A stretch of 60,450 nucleotides of DNA, from positions 112,205,689 through 112,266,138 of the forward strand of contig NC_068983.1 in NCBI RefSeq assembly GCF_001194135.2, in the 5' to 3' direction. Below, one piece after another: positions 1 through 13,410 of this stretch (position 1 is the first letter of the stretch; each line of letters opens with the position of its first letter). The position numbers and the translations under genes are program-made. The notes beneath the pieces were generated by a model that was given only the letters and a program-made list of their open reading frames with translations, did not search any database and had not been told where the DNA came from. Source of the DNA: Octopus bimaculoides. Lineage: Eukaryota.

Positions 1-40
1 ATATATATATAGAAAGAGAGAGAGAGAGAGAGAGAGAGAT

Positions 41-74
<34 letters not shown>

Positions 75-392
75 TGCAATATCAAATTATTGAATGAATT
101 GATTGGGTATACAAATATGTGTTTGTTTTATGATATACTGAGTTAAGAAATATGGACAATATTTTATGCATACAAATATTTAAACACATCTGTAAACTAA
201 TTATGAAAACTTCTCAAGAACGCAGAAGTCATTTTTCTATTTTCCTGAATGAATTCTCCAACTTCTTTTGAACCAGAGTGAACATATTACATAATCTACC
301 CATTGGGCTGTGCATTTGAATGTATTGATATTTAGAAAATAAGTGAAAAGTAGTGAAATGAAAAAGAAACAAACATGAAGGTTTTGTTAAAG

Positions 393-749
393 CAGAGATT
401 ACAATCCATATATATGCCATGTGTATGTGTGTGTGAATGTGTGTGCACACACATGTGCATGAAGGGGGGGGGGTATGTCTGTTTGTATGCATGTGCACGT
501 GGGTGTGTGTGTGTGTGTGTGCGTGTGCTAGACTTATAGGAGGTAGATCCAGTAGATAAGCTGGTATGTTGGTCCTGAACCTATAAAAACAATTAAGGGT
601 TGTGAATAGTTGACAGGCCCCCTCCCTCAAATGTAAACAGAAAACAGAGATTACAATCCATACATATGCCATATGTAGGTGTGTGTGTGTGTGTGTGTGT
701 GTATGTGAATGTGTGTGTATGTGGAAGTGTATGTCTGTATACATGTGCA

Positions 750-782
<33 letters not shown>

Positions 783-911
783 GCGTGTGTGCACACTAGA
801 CTTATAGGAGGTGGATTCGGTAAATACAGCTAGTGTATTGGTCCTGAACCTATAGAACAATTAAGGGTTGTGAATAGTTGACAGGCCTCTCCCTCAAATG
901 TAAACAGAAAA
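393..911. repeat. Tandem duplication of a ~255-bp microsatellite-containing unit
   Basis: Units 393-644 and 645-911 both begin cagagattacaatcca and end aaatgtaaacagaaaa. Confidence 0.9.
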
Positions 912-2302
912 CAAAGCTTTTTATGACCTTCTTCAGTGTTATGAATGGGTAAATGAGGCCTGAAAGCAGTCTTGTTCCAACATGTAAAATTCCTCCTGAC
1001 AGTTCTATACATGTATATTATATCTGTAAGTGTGCATGTGTCATAGCATGGTTGTTGGTAGATTGTAAAATAGCAACAAAAGTGGCTACAGTTTGTGTTG
1101 TGTCATTAGCACTGCATTTTGTCTATGGCTAGACATAATTGTTATGCAGCTCAGTTCACCTAAATCTACATAAATAACAACTTTTACTGTAATCAAAAAC
1201 AGGGCTGTAAAACAAAGGGTTTTATTAGTTTACAGTCCTAAGTTCAACTTCTCTTCCCAGGTGAGGTTTATATCAGAAATTTGAGAGAGATGAAATCCAC
1301 ATATTCAATAAACCATAGATGGTTTCTTCAAAATCTAGTTATGGAACTCATTACATGATTGTGTACAATAAATAACATTTTAGTATTCTGTTATATTTTG
1401 TTGCAATTTCTATGTCTATGTTATCTATGCTTGTATGTGTTACTTATTATATACAAATATATCAATAAATATCTCATCAATCCTGTGAGCACATTTTCAT
1501 TGAAATATTGTTTTCTGATCTCATATATTTATTCAACTATTATTACATCATGTTTACAGCCATTTATTTACATGCTTTATCCATTGTCTATTAAGCATAT
1601 TTATACTCTTATCTCTACCAGTCTATACTCAGGCTTATTTCTGATGATACAACTTATTACCATCACCATCATTTTACAGCTGTGCTGCTATGGATTGGAT
1701 ATGCTACCACCACAGTTCACACAATCGTGTGCTTACAGCAACAGAGCAAAATAGCTAATTATGTGTTGTTTATATTGTAGGTGCCACGTGTCTGTGGAGT
1801 GCTCAGCCAGTTGCATGTTAATTTCACGAGCAGCCTGTTCCGTTGATCGGATCAACTGGAACCCTTGACGTCGTAAGCAACGGAGTGCCAACAACATATT
1901 GTAGGTGGTCTTTATCATACCACCAGCACTAAACATGTCGATCTATGTGAAGAGAACTAAAATGTCCCTTCTACCCAGTATTCATTTTTAGTTAAGGCCT
2001 TCTTGAACAAGTATCTATCATTAAAGTTTTCAGAATCCGCATCTCATAGCACATCTCATTTTTCATATGACTTCTGTGGTTAGATGCTATTCCTATACAC
2101 AAACATTTTATGGAGTATATGGGGTAAGGTTTTTTTTTTTCATCACACTACTAGTACTTTATTTTGTGAAAATAATGTTTTGCAACTGTTTTTGGTCATC
2201 ATGGCACCACTAAATACTTTCATGTTTATTTACAAAGACAAGATCAAATCAATCAGTTTTAACACATTCTTCTCCAAATTAAATCATTTGTATACTGTCC
2301 CC

Positions 2303-2366
<64 letters not shown>

Positions 2367-2849
2367 GTATTAGTGATTTATGGAATTCATATGAAGTCAT
2401 AAGAAATAAAATTTCAATGTCTTTCCTAGTGATGCAATAAAGCACACACAGATTTCAGATGATATGACATGAAATTCAATAATTTATTCATTGGATTATT
2501 GTGCTGTAAATAAAGAGTGGTACTCAAACACATGCATACCTACCTATCTACATACATATATATATATATATATGAACACACACATGCACACACACACATA
2601 AATACATGCAGAGAGAGGGAGAGATGAGGAAATAGATTGCTGCACATATATCTCAAGTCACACACACTTGCTTGTACTTTGCATATATGCTTATTTAATC
2701 ACAATTGTCTTCAACATCTATATAAATAAGAATAACTACCCTGCAACAGTACAACCAAAAAATACTGTTCACAATACTTGGAAGAATTCACTTGCAGGAC
2801 AGTTCATAACCACCATTGTAAAGCCTGCAATATAATATTAGAAAAATAA

Positions 2850-4450
2850 CATTGTCTTGCCTCTCAGATTGCAATAAAGCCTTTCAAACATTTGCCAAAA
2901 GGATCACTGCTAACACTTTAGGATTCTTTTACCTGCCATTTATCAGTTAATATGGCAATTGTTGGCAGGCTTGTTGGAAGACTTCTGTTCCAAGATATGA
3001 AAGAATGATGGAACTTCAAAATGTGTACATATATTTATGATGGAATCTTGTGAAATATGTCAAAACAAACAGTATTGGTTTTGCTGAATTTATCAAAAGT
3101 AAAAGACCACTTGAAGATAAAGCTAATATATTTGGTGCTAATTTTGCTCTTTACACCACACCAGACACACCTAACAAAAGACTTAGACATTTCTACTATA
3201 TTTCTCTTTTGTACACCCTGTTAGAGAATAAAATTATCATTCTGTCTAGCCCATCAGTCAACTCCTCCTGACGGTGTCCTTTCCCTAACCATGATACAGT
3301 GCAGCATAAAGCTACCTTGTATCTTTAATAAATACTTAAATGTTACTCTTTCAACAGAGATCTATCCCACATTATAGAAGCAGACTCATGCCACTGATAT
3401 TGTTGCATGTAATTCCTTCTTTTGTTTCTATAATTTTCTCTCTCTCATATCCTCTCTCTCTCTCTCCAATTCTATTTCCATAAACTTTGATCTACTCAAG
3501 ACTTTCTCTCATTTATCATGCCACAATCGTTTTTGGCCTTTGATAACTGCACCAAAAGTAATGCTGCCGCCTTTGACATCAGCAAACCCCAACATAAGCA
3601 TCTACTATATAGTAGAATCTATCTAGAAGTTACCCATCTATAGGCTTTTTCTAGGTTTGAATTTACCATCCTTATTAATTTCTGATGAAAGGTCCATTAA
3701 TGACATTTCCAGTGTCACATCATCATCTTCATCATCGTTTAACGTCTGTTTTCCATGCTGGCATGGGTTGGATGGTTCGACTGGGGTCTGGGAAGCTAGG
3801 AGGCTGCACCAGGCTCCAGTCTGATCTGGCAGTGTTTCTACAGCTGGATGCCCTTCCTAATGCCAACCACTTCGAGAGTATAGTGGGTGCTTTATATGTG
3901 CCACCAGCACAGGTGCCAGAGGGAGCTGGCAACGACCACGATTGGTTGGTGCTTTTTACGTGCCACTAGCATGGGAGCCAGTCAAGGCGGCACTGGTATT
4001 GGCCATATTTGGATGGGGCTTTTTACATGCCACCAGCAGAGGGATCACAACTGTAATTTCCATTGTGTACCTGCACAGGGATCACAACTACAATTTGGAT
4101 TTGATTTTGATGTATTTGACTCAATAGGTCTCCTCAAGCATGGCATGTCACCCTACGATCCAAGGTGCTTTTGAGTGGGCTGGTTATGCGACACTGGACA
4201 TTAAAAGAATTTGGTGTTTACATTCAAATCAAAAAATAATTCACCTTTTAGTACCTTTTACTTCTTTCAGAGGCGTAAATATACCTGTCACTTGACTAAA
4301 ACATTCCTAAATCATCCCTCGTCTTCATTACTATATTCAGAAGAAAGCCATCTGCCCAATAATATACTTATCTCATTAAATTTTAAAATCTTGCTGGTAG
4401 ACTTCCACCTGTATTTCAATCAATTTATTTTTACCTGTTTCTTTGTTCAT
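2850..4450 (+). mobile_element. Ancient CR1/Jockey-group LINE remnant, split by the RTE fragment
   Basis: EDKANIFGANFA, and AAFDISK resembling ALDISKAFD. Highly decayed. Confidence 0.45.
3716..4200 (-). mobile_element. RTE LINE 3' UTR fragment
   Basis: Reverse complement of the 38400-38878 3' end, with a (CAT)n tail on the left. Shorter minus-strand copies at ~31860-32060 and 42000-42140; 3' ORF piece on + at 44155-44410. Confidence 0.8.
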
Positions 4451-6044
4451 TTCCTCTTCATATTCTGTCTCCTGTTAATACATCTTTTTTAACAATGAAA
4501 CATTTAAACGTATTTTCTAAAGCTATATGTCATGTCACAAACACTACAAAGTAAATGTTCATTACATTGTTTATTGATATATTTTAGACAATAAATTTCA
4601 GATGTCAACAAATTATTGAAAAGTAAAATTAAAATTTGATGGTTAACAAATGTTGTTGAATGTTTGTTAAACAATTTCTTGCATGTATAAATCATGAGGT
4701 TGTGTGCATGTGTTGTAGGTGTATTGATGCATGTCAGTGTATATAGAAAGGGACTCATCTATACACGTAGACACATTAGCTACATTAATAATTTTCTCTA
4801 TTATATTAATGTTCTTTCTTTTGAACTGGGTTTCATATAATTTTGATATGTGAGAGCAATCTATACTTTTTTTTTTTCCTTTTCTTTTTTGCTTTAATGG
4901 GTTTCTCTCCATTTCATACTTTAATTTTGCTATATGAGGATTGCTGAAAATGAGACTTTTCTGCTTGATACCCTTCTTAGGAATAGAGTCTGTGAGTTTT
5001 CATTTTCATTCAGGGAAATTTATGTGAACTAAGCAAAATGCCTGAATAAAGGAAATAACATAATGACAGTAGCAAGGAATATAGGGTCATGGAGTCACCT
5101 GTTCAGCACCTTAACATATGTAATTACAACTCCCTTTCTTATTCCTTATTCTATGATGAAGCCCAAAAGCTACAAAGGAACATACTGAATTGTGTGTTTG
5201 TTGGATTATTCCGCATTATATGTATCTGCAAAACTCCCAGTGATAAATGGCGGTATCACAGATTATTATAAATAGCAACACAGAAACATAAACTTTAATT
5301 TATCTAAGACAATATTTATTTATCTATTTAACTAAGACTCTGCCTTCCCTATAAACATGTCAACTTCCTATGATGTAAAAGCCCCCCTCAATTTTCCTGT
5401 GTCCACCTCCTATTTTGCCAAGTGTGACCAGCTACCACAACTTCAATCATCCTGACAAGATATGAAAGAAAACAAGCTTCTATATGATCAACTGTGTGAT
5501 CATGATCAAAGTTTCTTGACTCATGACTGTTCAGTTATAATGAAGGCAGCTTGACTAGGATAGCATTAACACTAAACAAAATTATGGATTAGAAAGATGT
5601 GAACTCCACAAGCTGCAGTACAGATAACTCATCTCAGGAGGGCAGTAACTCTGAGTAAAAGCTGACACAGTGTACAGTGGACACTTTAGTTCTGATATAT
5701 CACTCTTCTTGTGACAGCAGTGTGTTCAAATGCATCCAGTCTATGCTGCAGAGTGTTTGCTGACAGGAAGGACATCTAGCTTATGAAACCTTATCAAAAT
5801 CATGACATTGATGAATAAAATGGAAAACTTTAATTGCTTATACAAGATATACACTCAATATGTTTATGCTGTGCATGGTAGTGGGGTGGTCAGGAAGGAA
5901 TATCTGGCCATATTTGAGAATCATTGCAATTTTTCTTCCTTCAAAGGCATAAAATAGATATCAAATAAACTACCCACCTTGGAAATTTTTTCTCATTCTC
6001 ATGTACAAAATTTCATGGCTGGTACAATGAAAAGTTGGTCTGAA

Positions 6045-8780
6045 GAAATTATGGATATGTTAGAATGGAGGCAATAGGATATGTACTGTGTACAAGAAAT
6101 TATAATGGAAGGGAGCATCAGACTGACCCCTCACAGGAAAGTACAATTTCTTCTGGGTGGAGTAGGCATTTTGCTGGCAGAGAACTAGATAAAGTAATTG
6201 AGGTAGTCAGAGTATGTGAGAGACTAATTAAGTTATACTATTGATAGACTAATGATAGCAACAAGGATTTCTGAATGTGTTCACCAATCAGGACTGAATA
6301 AGAAAGATATTATCATTTCCATGTGATTCTCTTGCAGAGTATTTCAATAACAAATGACAATGTCCCTAATATCATGGTTGGGGACTTTAATAGACATGTT
6401 GGACAACATCACAATGGATACTCAAATGTAAAAAGGAGCTATGGATACAGTACAAAGAATGAAGACAATTTAAAACCCTTGGTTTCCTGTGATGCAAATG
6501 ACCTAATCCTTTGTGATACAAACATCAAGAAACCTTTTAACCTCGTGTTCATCAACCAATCAAGAGAGAATGCCAGTCAGGTAGACTTCATACACATGAG
6601 GAAATGTGAGAGTCAATGCTTATAAATACTGAATGGTTTTCCTGGTGGAAAATGTAACTCAACATAGACTGTTGATCATTAACATCAGGATAAGAGCTTG
6701 ACAAACTTAAAGATGAAAGTCAATCTGAAGAAGTAACAGATGATGCATATGAAAAGAAGGCAAAGAAGAAAGAAACCTATGAGTTTTCATGAGGTGGCTG
6801 ACTGGAAAGCAGAGGCCAAACTGGTAGTGGAGCATTAGAGTAGATAGAGCCATAAAAGTAAAGAAACAGATGTGAAAAGGCTGCATTAAAGACAAGGAGA
6901 AAGAAACAATACTAATTAGCTAGAAAAGAAGATTGACATTAAATGTATGTAGTATAGAGGGAAGCTGAAAATTTGATAGTTATTAATATTCTTTTCTACT
7001 TTAGGCACAAGGCCCAAAATTTTGGGAGAGGGGCCAGTCAATTAGATTGACCCAGGATGAAAGGCAAAGTCAACCTCGGCAGAATTTGAACTCAGAATGT
7101 AAAGACAGACAAAATACTGCTAAGCATTTCACCTGATGTGCTAACGTTTCTACCAGCTCAATGCCTTGAATATTCTGTGATGAAAGAGGTAGAGATATGA
7201 AATGTTTCAGATTACTAAGCAGCTTGTCAGCATAAATTAAGATCTTTAAGGGAAACTGTATGTTGAATGATAGCATAAATTAAAATGTTTAAGGGAAACT
7301 GTATGTGGAATGATAGCAGTGCACTTGCCATTACCAACACTAAGAAGAAAGATAGATGGATATGATATGAAAAGTTGCTGACAGATGATTTGTGAGAGAC
7401 AGAACTATTTCAAGAAGACCAACAGAGGAACCAGTTACTGAAACTGACAGCTACATATATGGCCTTAATTAAAATGAAGAATATGAAAAGAAAGTAGCTG
7501 GTCAATTAGAGACAATCAATGAAATACTGGGAATACCTGGTAAAGTAGGAAACATACATTCTGGTAGTACCCAATATGTAGATATGCTAATTCATCAGAA
7601 ATCACAACAAAGACAAATAAGATGCTTTAGAAAGAAGCATCAATCTACAGAGGTATCAAACTGTTGGATCCAATTATAAGAGTAAAAGAAAACACAAACC
7701 AAACAAACTTAAATCGCTTGTAGTTCATTTGTTTGGGCCAAGACAAGTTACTACAAATGCTGTCTCCCAAGTAAGACAACTACAGAAAACTTTCTTGGCT
7801 AAAAGAAAGCCACTATACATAGCATTCTTTGAATCAGAGAGGGCTTTGACAAGATACCATGATTTGTAGCTTAGAGTTAGCTAAGAAAACTGGGTCTAGA
7901 TGAAAACAGTTTTTTAAGAACTATGAAGCTATATACAGAAATGTCATCAGCAAGGTGGTGAGAGTTATAAGTATAGTGAGGAATTTAACACATAAGCAGG
8001 TGTCCACCAAGGTTCAGTTCTCAACATCACTACTGTGTTTTATAGTTTTTAAAGCTATAACAGGTGTATTTAAGATTGGCTGCCTATGAGAACTCCTGCA
8101 TGTTGATGATTTAGTCTACTTGATGAATCTGTCAAAGATTTACAAAGTTCCAAAAGAGGAGGCATATCCAGAAATTGAGAGATCTTAAAGCTAGCAAGGA
8201 CAAAAGTTTCAGTTAGCAGTAAAGAAATGTTTCTTCTGCCACTTGGGAAGTGGCCAAGCCCATACCTGACATACAGAAAAGGAGTAAGTAGTAATTTTGT
8301 ATAGTGTAGTAATTCTGTACCATAAATTATACACAAAAGAGACATTGCAGGATCTCAGGAAAAGAAGGCTTTGTATGTAGCAAATGCACAGTCATGGTTA
8401 GCATTAAGATTGGCTGTGGAATAAATTCTTTCAAATGCTTGGAAGGCTTCCCTGAATCAGTTGCTAGCTTCTATTGCCTAACTGACATAATTAGCAGCAG
8501 AAGTAACCAGATGAAAATTGTGGGGGAAAATTTTCAGTTAGCTATTACTTTAAATGGTAGTAATGGGATTCTCTCTCCTACTTCTAAAAGGAGAATGTAC
8601 AATACTTCTGTATGAAGTGTGATGTTGTATTGTAGTGAAACATAAATGTTGAATATGGAACACAACTAGCATGAGAGGAAAATAGGTATGAAAATATTCA
8701 GATGTGAAAAAGAGAAGATAATACTTCTTAGGACATGCGATGCTTATGGAATGTGACAGTTGGATAAAGAAATACCAAAG
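6045..8780 (+). mobile_element. Old, heavily decayed near full-length RTE LINE, interrupted by a SINE
   Basis: APE remnants (CVQE, GVGILLAE, IMVGDFNRHVG). RT remnant aggtgtccaccaaggttcagttctca (GVHQGSVL) and a Cys-finger remnant at ~8250-8400 homologous to 37272-38878. Confidence 0.75.
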
Positions 8781-9016
8781 GATCTAAGGGGGATGAACGT
8801 ATATAAGAAGAAAATTAAGAAAATTAGGAGAAGAAATCAAATATAATCTTAAGCTGGTCATATGAAGTTCAATATCCCTATGGGGAAGATAAAGAAATGC
8901 AACAAGACACTCAACTAGAGAGGACCTATATACACATCTGACCCATGCACACAGAAAAACAGTCAGAATGATGATGTTTATATATAATACATAATACACA
9001 CACAAATATATGTATT

Positions 9017-9054
<38 letters not shown>

Positions 9055-9062
9055 AGCTATTA

Positions 9063-9421
9063 ATAGTTTCATGCGATGAAAACATCCCAGACAGCATTTT
9101 TCAACATGTCTGGTGCCTTCACACAATCCTCAGGCTGTGCCCATATGGCATAACAAGCTAAAACAAGACGATAGCTTGGAGAAAAAAAAATGAGAAAAGA
9201 TGAGAGAAGAGTAGATGTAAAAGGGGGAAGGTTGAAAAACTGGAAAAAGAACTTTTTCCTTTTTCGGTTTTTCAACCTTCCACCTTTTATAGCTACTCCC
9301 CTCTCACCTTTTCTCATTTTTTCTCCCATCCTATCATCCTGTTTTAGCTTGTCATGCCATGTAGATACACCCGAGGATTGTGTGAAGGCACCAGAACTGT
9401 TAAAAATTGCATGAGACTATT
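9063..9421. repeat. Imperfect ~360-bp fold-back
   Basis: atagtttcatgc...gcatgagactat ends; the arms pair throughout, with the centre at ~9250. Confidence 0.85.
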
Positions 9422-10047
9422 NNNNNNNNNNNNNNNNNNNNNNNNNNNNNNNNNNNNNNNNNNNNNNNNNNNNNNNNNNNNNNNNNNNNNNNNNNNNNNN
9501 NNNNNNNNNNNNNNNNNNNNNNNNNNNNNNNNNNNNNNNNNNNNNNNNNNNNNNNNNNNNNNNNNNNNNNNNNNNNNNNNNNNNNNNATATATATATTGT
9601 GGTTATTAAATAGCATTCATTTCTCACCAGATGGAGTACTTGCTTTGTTAATCTTACCATCATGGAATAGTACACTATATACATATATATATATACATAT
9701 ATGTGGAGGATTATTTATGAAGTGACTCAACACAGAGTTGGATGACAAAAATAATATATAAAATAATTCATTACAGATGGCCACATGCTTCACTCAAACT
9801 GAGTTATCAAATGAATGAGGTATTTAGTTTAGCTGATGGAATTTATAGCTTTCAAATAATTCTACTCATTCTTAACTATAAATTCTATTGATTGACCATA
9901 ATATTTTGTGTTTGATAATCTCCTCTGGAACAAAGCATTGGGCCATTTGTCTAGAATGATTTAATTTAATGTAATACATAATATATATATATATAAACAT
10001 ATACAGACACATATGCATATGTATACTTGTATGTACATACATACATG

Positions 10048-10103
<56 letters not shown>

Positions 10104-10768
10104 CATATATATACATATACATATATATATAAATACACATACACACATTCATATGTATATACCTATACGTACAATGTGTATGTGTGAATTTTTAAGCATC
10201 TGGACACAAAATATCTCTATACTATATTATATGTTGATACGTGTCTAAATGTAACTATGTATCTGTATTATAATTTATCCAGAATGTAAGCATATATCTG
10301 AAATCATGTCAATTTTAATACATATATGTCTGTGTTCATTGGAAGGAATATATTTTCACATATTAACTTAGAATTTGACTGTTATTGATTATCGTTAGGC
10401 TTCAGTTCACCAGGTTTTAATTGGAAATTGAATGATATTTCATTTTTCCATATTCAATATTTGATTTGGTAATGAGTTCCTCAACACAGAAGCATTTGTG
10501 AAAAAACTAATGTATTTTGGAAGTAATTTTTGAAGCTGAGTGACATTGTGCCAAAACTTGTCATAATTGTATTTGTATATATTTTCTAAAAAGAATCATG
10601 ATATTTTATATCTCCTTTAATTCATATGCATTGAATGTATGAGTGTATATATGGAGTGCCCCAGAATTAACTATTTCAATGAAACTGGGTAAATGTTTTA
10701 AGAAACTAACAGAATTTTATATTTATTACTTCATTATGATACCAAAACAAAGATTTATAAATCTTATG

Positions 10769-11077
10769 AGATACAGAAATAAATTTATTTCTCAAAAGCA
10801 TGATAATGCTATAAATAGCGTGATCAGGATAATTTATCCATATATTGTAGAAAAATACATTACCGGCCAGTCATGAGACTCGAACTCACACCTTTGTGAT
10901 TACGCGTCGGGCAGTTTAGTTTAATGGTAAAACACTTGACGCGTAATCACAGAGATGTGAGTTCGAGACTCATGGCTGGCTGGTAACATATTTTTCTGCA
11001 ATATATGGATAATTTATCCTGATCACGCTATTTATAGCATTATCACGTGCTTGAGAAATAAATTTATTTCTGTATCT
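10769..11077. repeat. 140-bp-arm palindrome with a tRNA-like centre
   Basis: Arms 10769-10908 and 10938-11077 around a 29-nt spacer. Confidence 0.9.
10910..10981 (+). pseudogene. tRNA-like sequence (Thr-CGT-like; pseudogene or SINE head)
   Basis: D-arm GTTT-AATGGTA-AAAC, loop CGCGTAA (G33 in place of U33), T-arm GTGAG-TTCGAGA-CTCAT. The anticodon stem and acceptor stem are imperfect. Confidence 0.6.
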
Positions 11078-11273
11078 TACAATACATCTCAATGCTTCTA
11101 AAAAAAAAAAAAACAGAAAAAAAGAAACAAACTATGTTTGTTTACTTTCATCGTAAAGTTGAATTTATAAATCTTATGTAAAAACTTTATAGAAAACTTT
11201 CAACATGTGCTTCATCTGTATCCCTGCAAGTTTNNNNNNNNNNNNNNNNNNNNNNNNNNNNNNNNNNNNNNNN

Positions 11274-11593
11274 NTTTAAGGAATTATCTCCAGCACTGCT
11301 AACTGAATGTGTTAAGGTCAGCTAAACTATGGCTCCATCTGAAGGATGGAGTTAGAGAAAATGACTGCAGCCAAATTAAAAACAAAGCTGTCATGGACAG
11401 ATAAGCAGGATCCAACAGGAATGAAAATGAAAATGAAATTACAAAAAATATTATAAAAATTACAAAATTATAAACAAAATTAAAACTTTTTACATTTTTA
11501 ACACAAATTAAATGTGATAAATGTAAAAGTGAGTTTTTAAAATAAATTGTCAAATTTCCCTGAAATGGATAGTTAATTTTGGGACACCCTGTA
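11274..11593. mobile_element. Tc1/mariner-type terminus; the rest is lost in the gap
   Basis: Ends ..ttttgggacaccctg|TA, i.e. TA-CAGGGTGTCCCAAAA on the minus strand, a typical Tc1/mariner TIR start. Confidence 0.55.
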
Positions 11594-11595
11594 TA

Positions 11596-11631
<36 letters not shown>

Positions 11632-12132
11632 TGTATGTATGTATATTGTGTGTTTGTGTGCATGAAAGGCTGCATGCACATTATTGATTCTTACATGTAG
11701 TATTTGTTATTTTAAATTCCAATGGAAAATGATATCTGCAACTGTAAGCAGATCTCCAGAAATTTTGCTGTTACTTGCTACTGGTATGAATTGTCTTGTT
11801 GATAATAATACAAATTCTTAATTTCTGTCTTTGGCACTAATGAACAAATTTAGAAGGATAGGGTTCAGTTAATTCCACAGAATCTTCTACATTATTGGCA
11901 CTTATTGTTACCAGCCTTGACTTGGCAGAAAGGTGAAAGGTAAAGTTTAACCTAGTAAGATTTTAAACAGAGAATTTAGAAGGATGCAACTAAATACTGC
12001 ATGAGATTTAGTTTGCTCCCTACTATGTTTGCCACTCAACTACAAACATATTTTCATTATTGTAATCAAATTGAACACACTTTTCCTACAAGTGTGATAA
12101 GAAACCAATAATAATAGTAAAAATTAAAATTT

Positions 12133-12207
<75 letters not shown>

Positions 12208-13305
12208 TTTTCATATATTTATCGCTTACTCTAAAAGAAGACAATCATAANNNNNNNNNNNNNNNNNNNNNNNNNNNNNNNNNNNNNNNNNNNNNNNNNN
12301 NNNNNNNNNNNNNNNNNNNNNNNNNNNNNNNNNNNNNNNNNNNNNNNNNNNNNNNNNNNNNNNNNNNNNNNNNNNNNNNNNNNNNNNNNNNNNNNNNNNN
12401 NNNNNNNNNNNNNNNNNNNNNNNNNNNNNNNNNNNNNNNNNNNNNNNNNNNNNNNNNNNNNNNNNNNNNNNNNNNNNNNNNNNNNNNNNNNNNNNNNNNN
12501 NNNNNNNNNNNNNNNNNNNNNNNNNNNNNNNNNNNNNNNNNNNNNNNNNNNNNNNNNNNNNNNNNNNNNNNNNNNNNNNNNNNNNNNNNNNNNNNNNNNN
12601 NNNNNNNNNNNNNNNNNNNNNNNNNNNNNNNNNNNNNNNNNNNNNNNNNNNNNNNNNNNNNNNNNNNNNNNNNNNNNNNNNNNNNNNNNNNNNNNNNNNN
12701 NNNNNNNNNNNNNNNNNNNNNNNNNNNNNNNNNNNNNNNNNNNNNNNNNNNNNNNNNNNNNNNNNNNNNNNNNNNNNNNNNNNNNNNNNNNNNNNNNNNN
12801 NNNNNNNNNNNNNNNNNNNNNNNNNNNNNNNNNNNNNNNNNNNNNNNNNNNNNNNNNNNNNNNNNNNNNNNNNNNNNNNNNNNNNNNNNNNNNNNNNNNN
12901 NNNNNNNNNNNNNNNNNNNNNNNNNNNNNNNNNNNNNNNNNNNNNNNNNNNNNNNNNNNNNNNNNNNNNNNNNNNNNNNNNNNNNNNNNNNNNNNNNNNN
13001 NNNNNNNNNNNNNNNNNNNNNNNNNNNNNNNNNNNNNNNNTTATTTAACACTGATCAAAAACTCTAATGAAGAAGTAAAATCTCTTTAACATTAAGTATG
13101 GGAAATGGTTTTTGTCTCAAGTTCTTAGCATTTTTTTATAATGGATTTCTTTTACCACAAATATTTTTCTTCATATGATCCATTTTGATATGTATAACTG
13201 CCTTTTCCAGATATTCTTTTATTCTTTTACTTGTTTCAGTCATTTGACTGTGGCCATGCTGGAGCACCGCCTTGAATAGTTGGAAATTCCTGTATGAAAC
13301 CTGAC

Positions 13306-13311
13306 TTTATT
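13306..13311 (-). promoter_or_regulatory. Candidate polyadenylation signal of the GC gene
   Basis: AATAAA on the minus strand ~100 nt after the stop. A second one lies at 13218-13223 inside a SINE tail. No transcript evidence. Confidence 0.3.
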
Positions 13312-13410
13312 ACTGAATAACAACAATGGTAAAAAGGGAAACAATTCAAACAATTATTAGGAAAAACTGTGTATGTCTGTGTATTGGAAACCAACGACCA
13401 ACAATGACAT

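Noticed and set aside
229-860. ORFs rich in HTHT, CVCV, YIYI (also ~9872-10248, 22598-22974, 28435-28821, 32071-32371, 45480-45904)
   Set aside because: Translations of dinucleotide and tetranucleotide microsatellites.
7229-7318. ~43-bp direct repeats or CRISPR-like array
   Set aside because: Only two adjacent units with no spacers, inside a decayed LINE in eukaryotic DNA.
11007-11072. Hammerhead in the tRNA palindrome body (CTGATCA...GAAATAAATTTATTTC)
   Set aside because: Both arms have C at the conserved G8, and no stem II forms.
12245-13051. Long ORFs containing X runs (also ~9344-9725, 26117-26471, 29580-30015, 41230-41608)
   Set aside because: They span assembly gaps of N.
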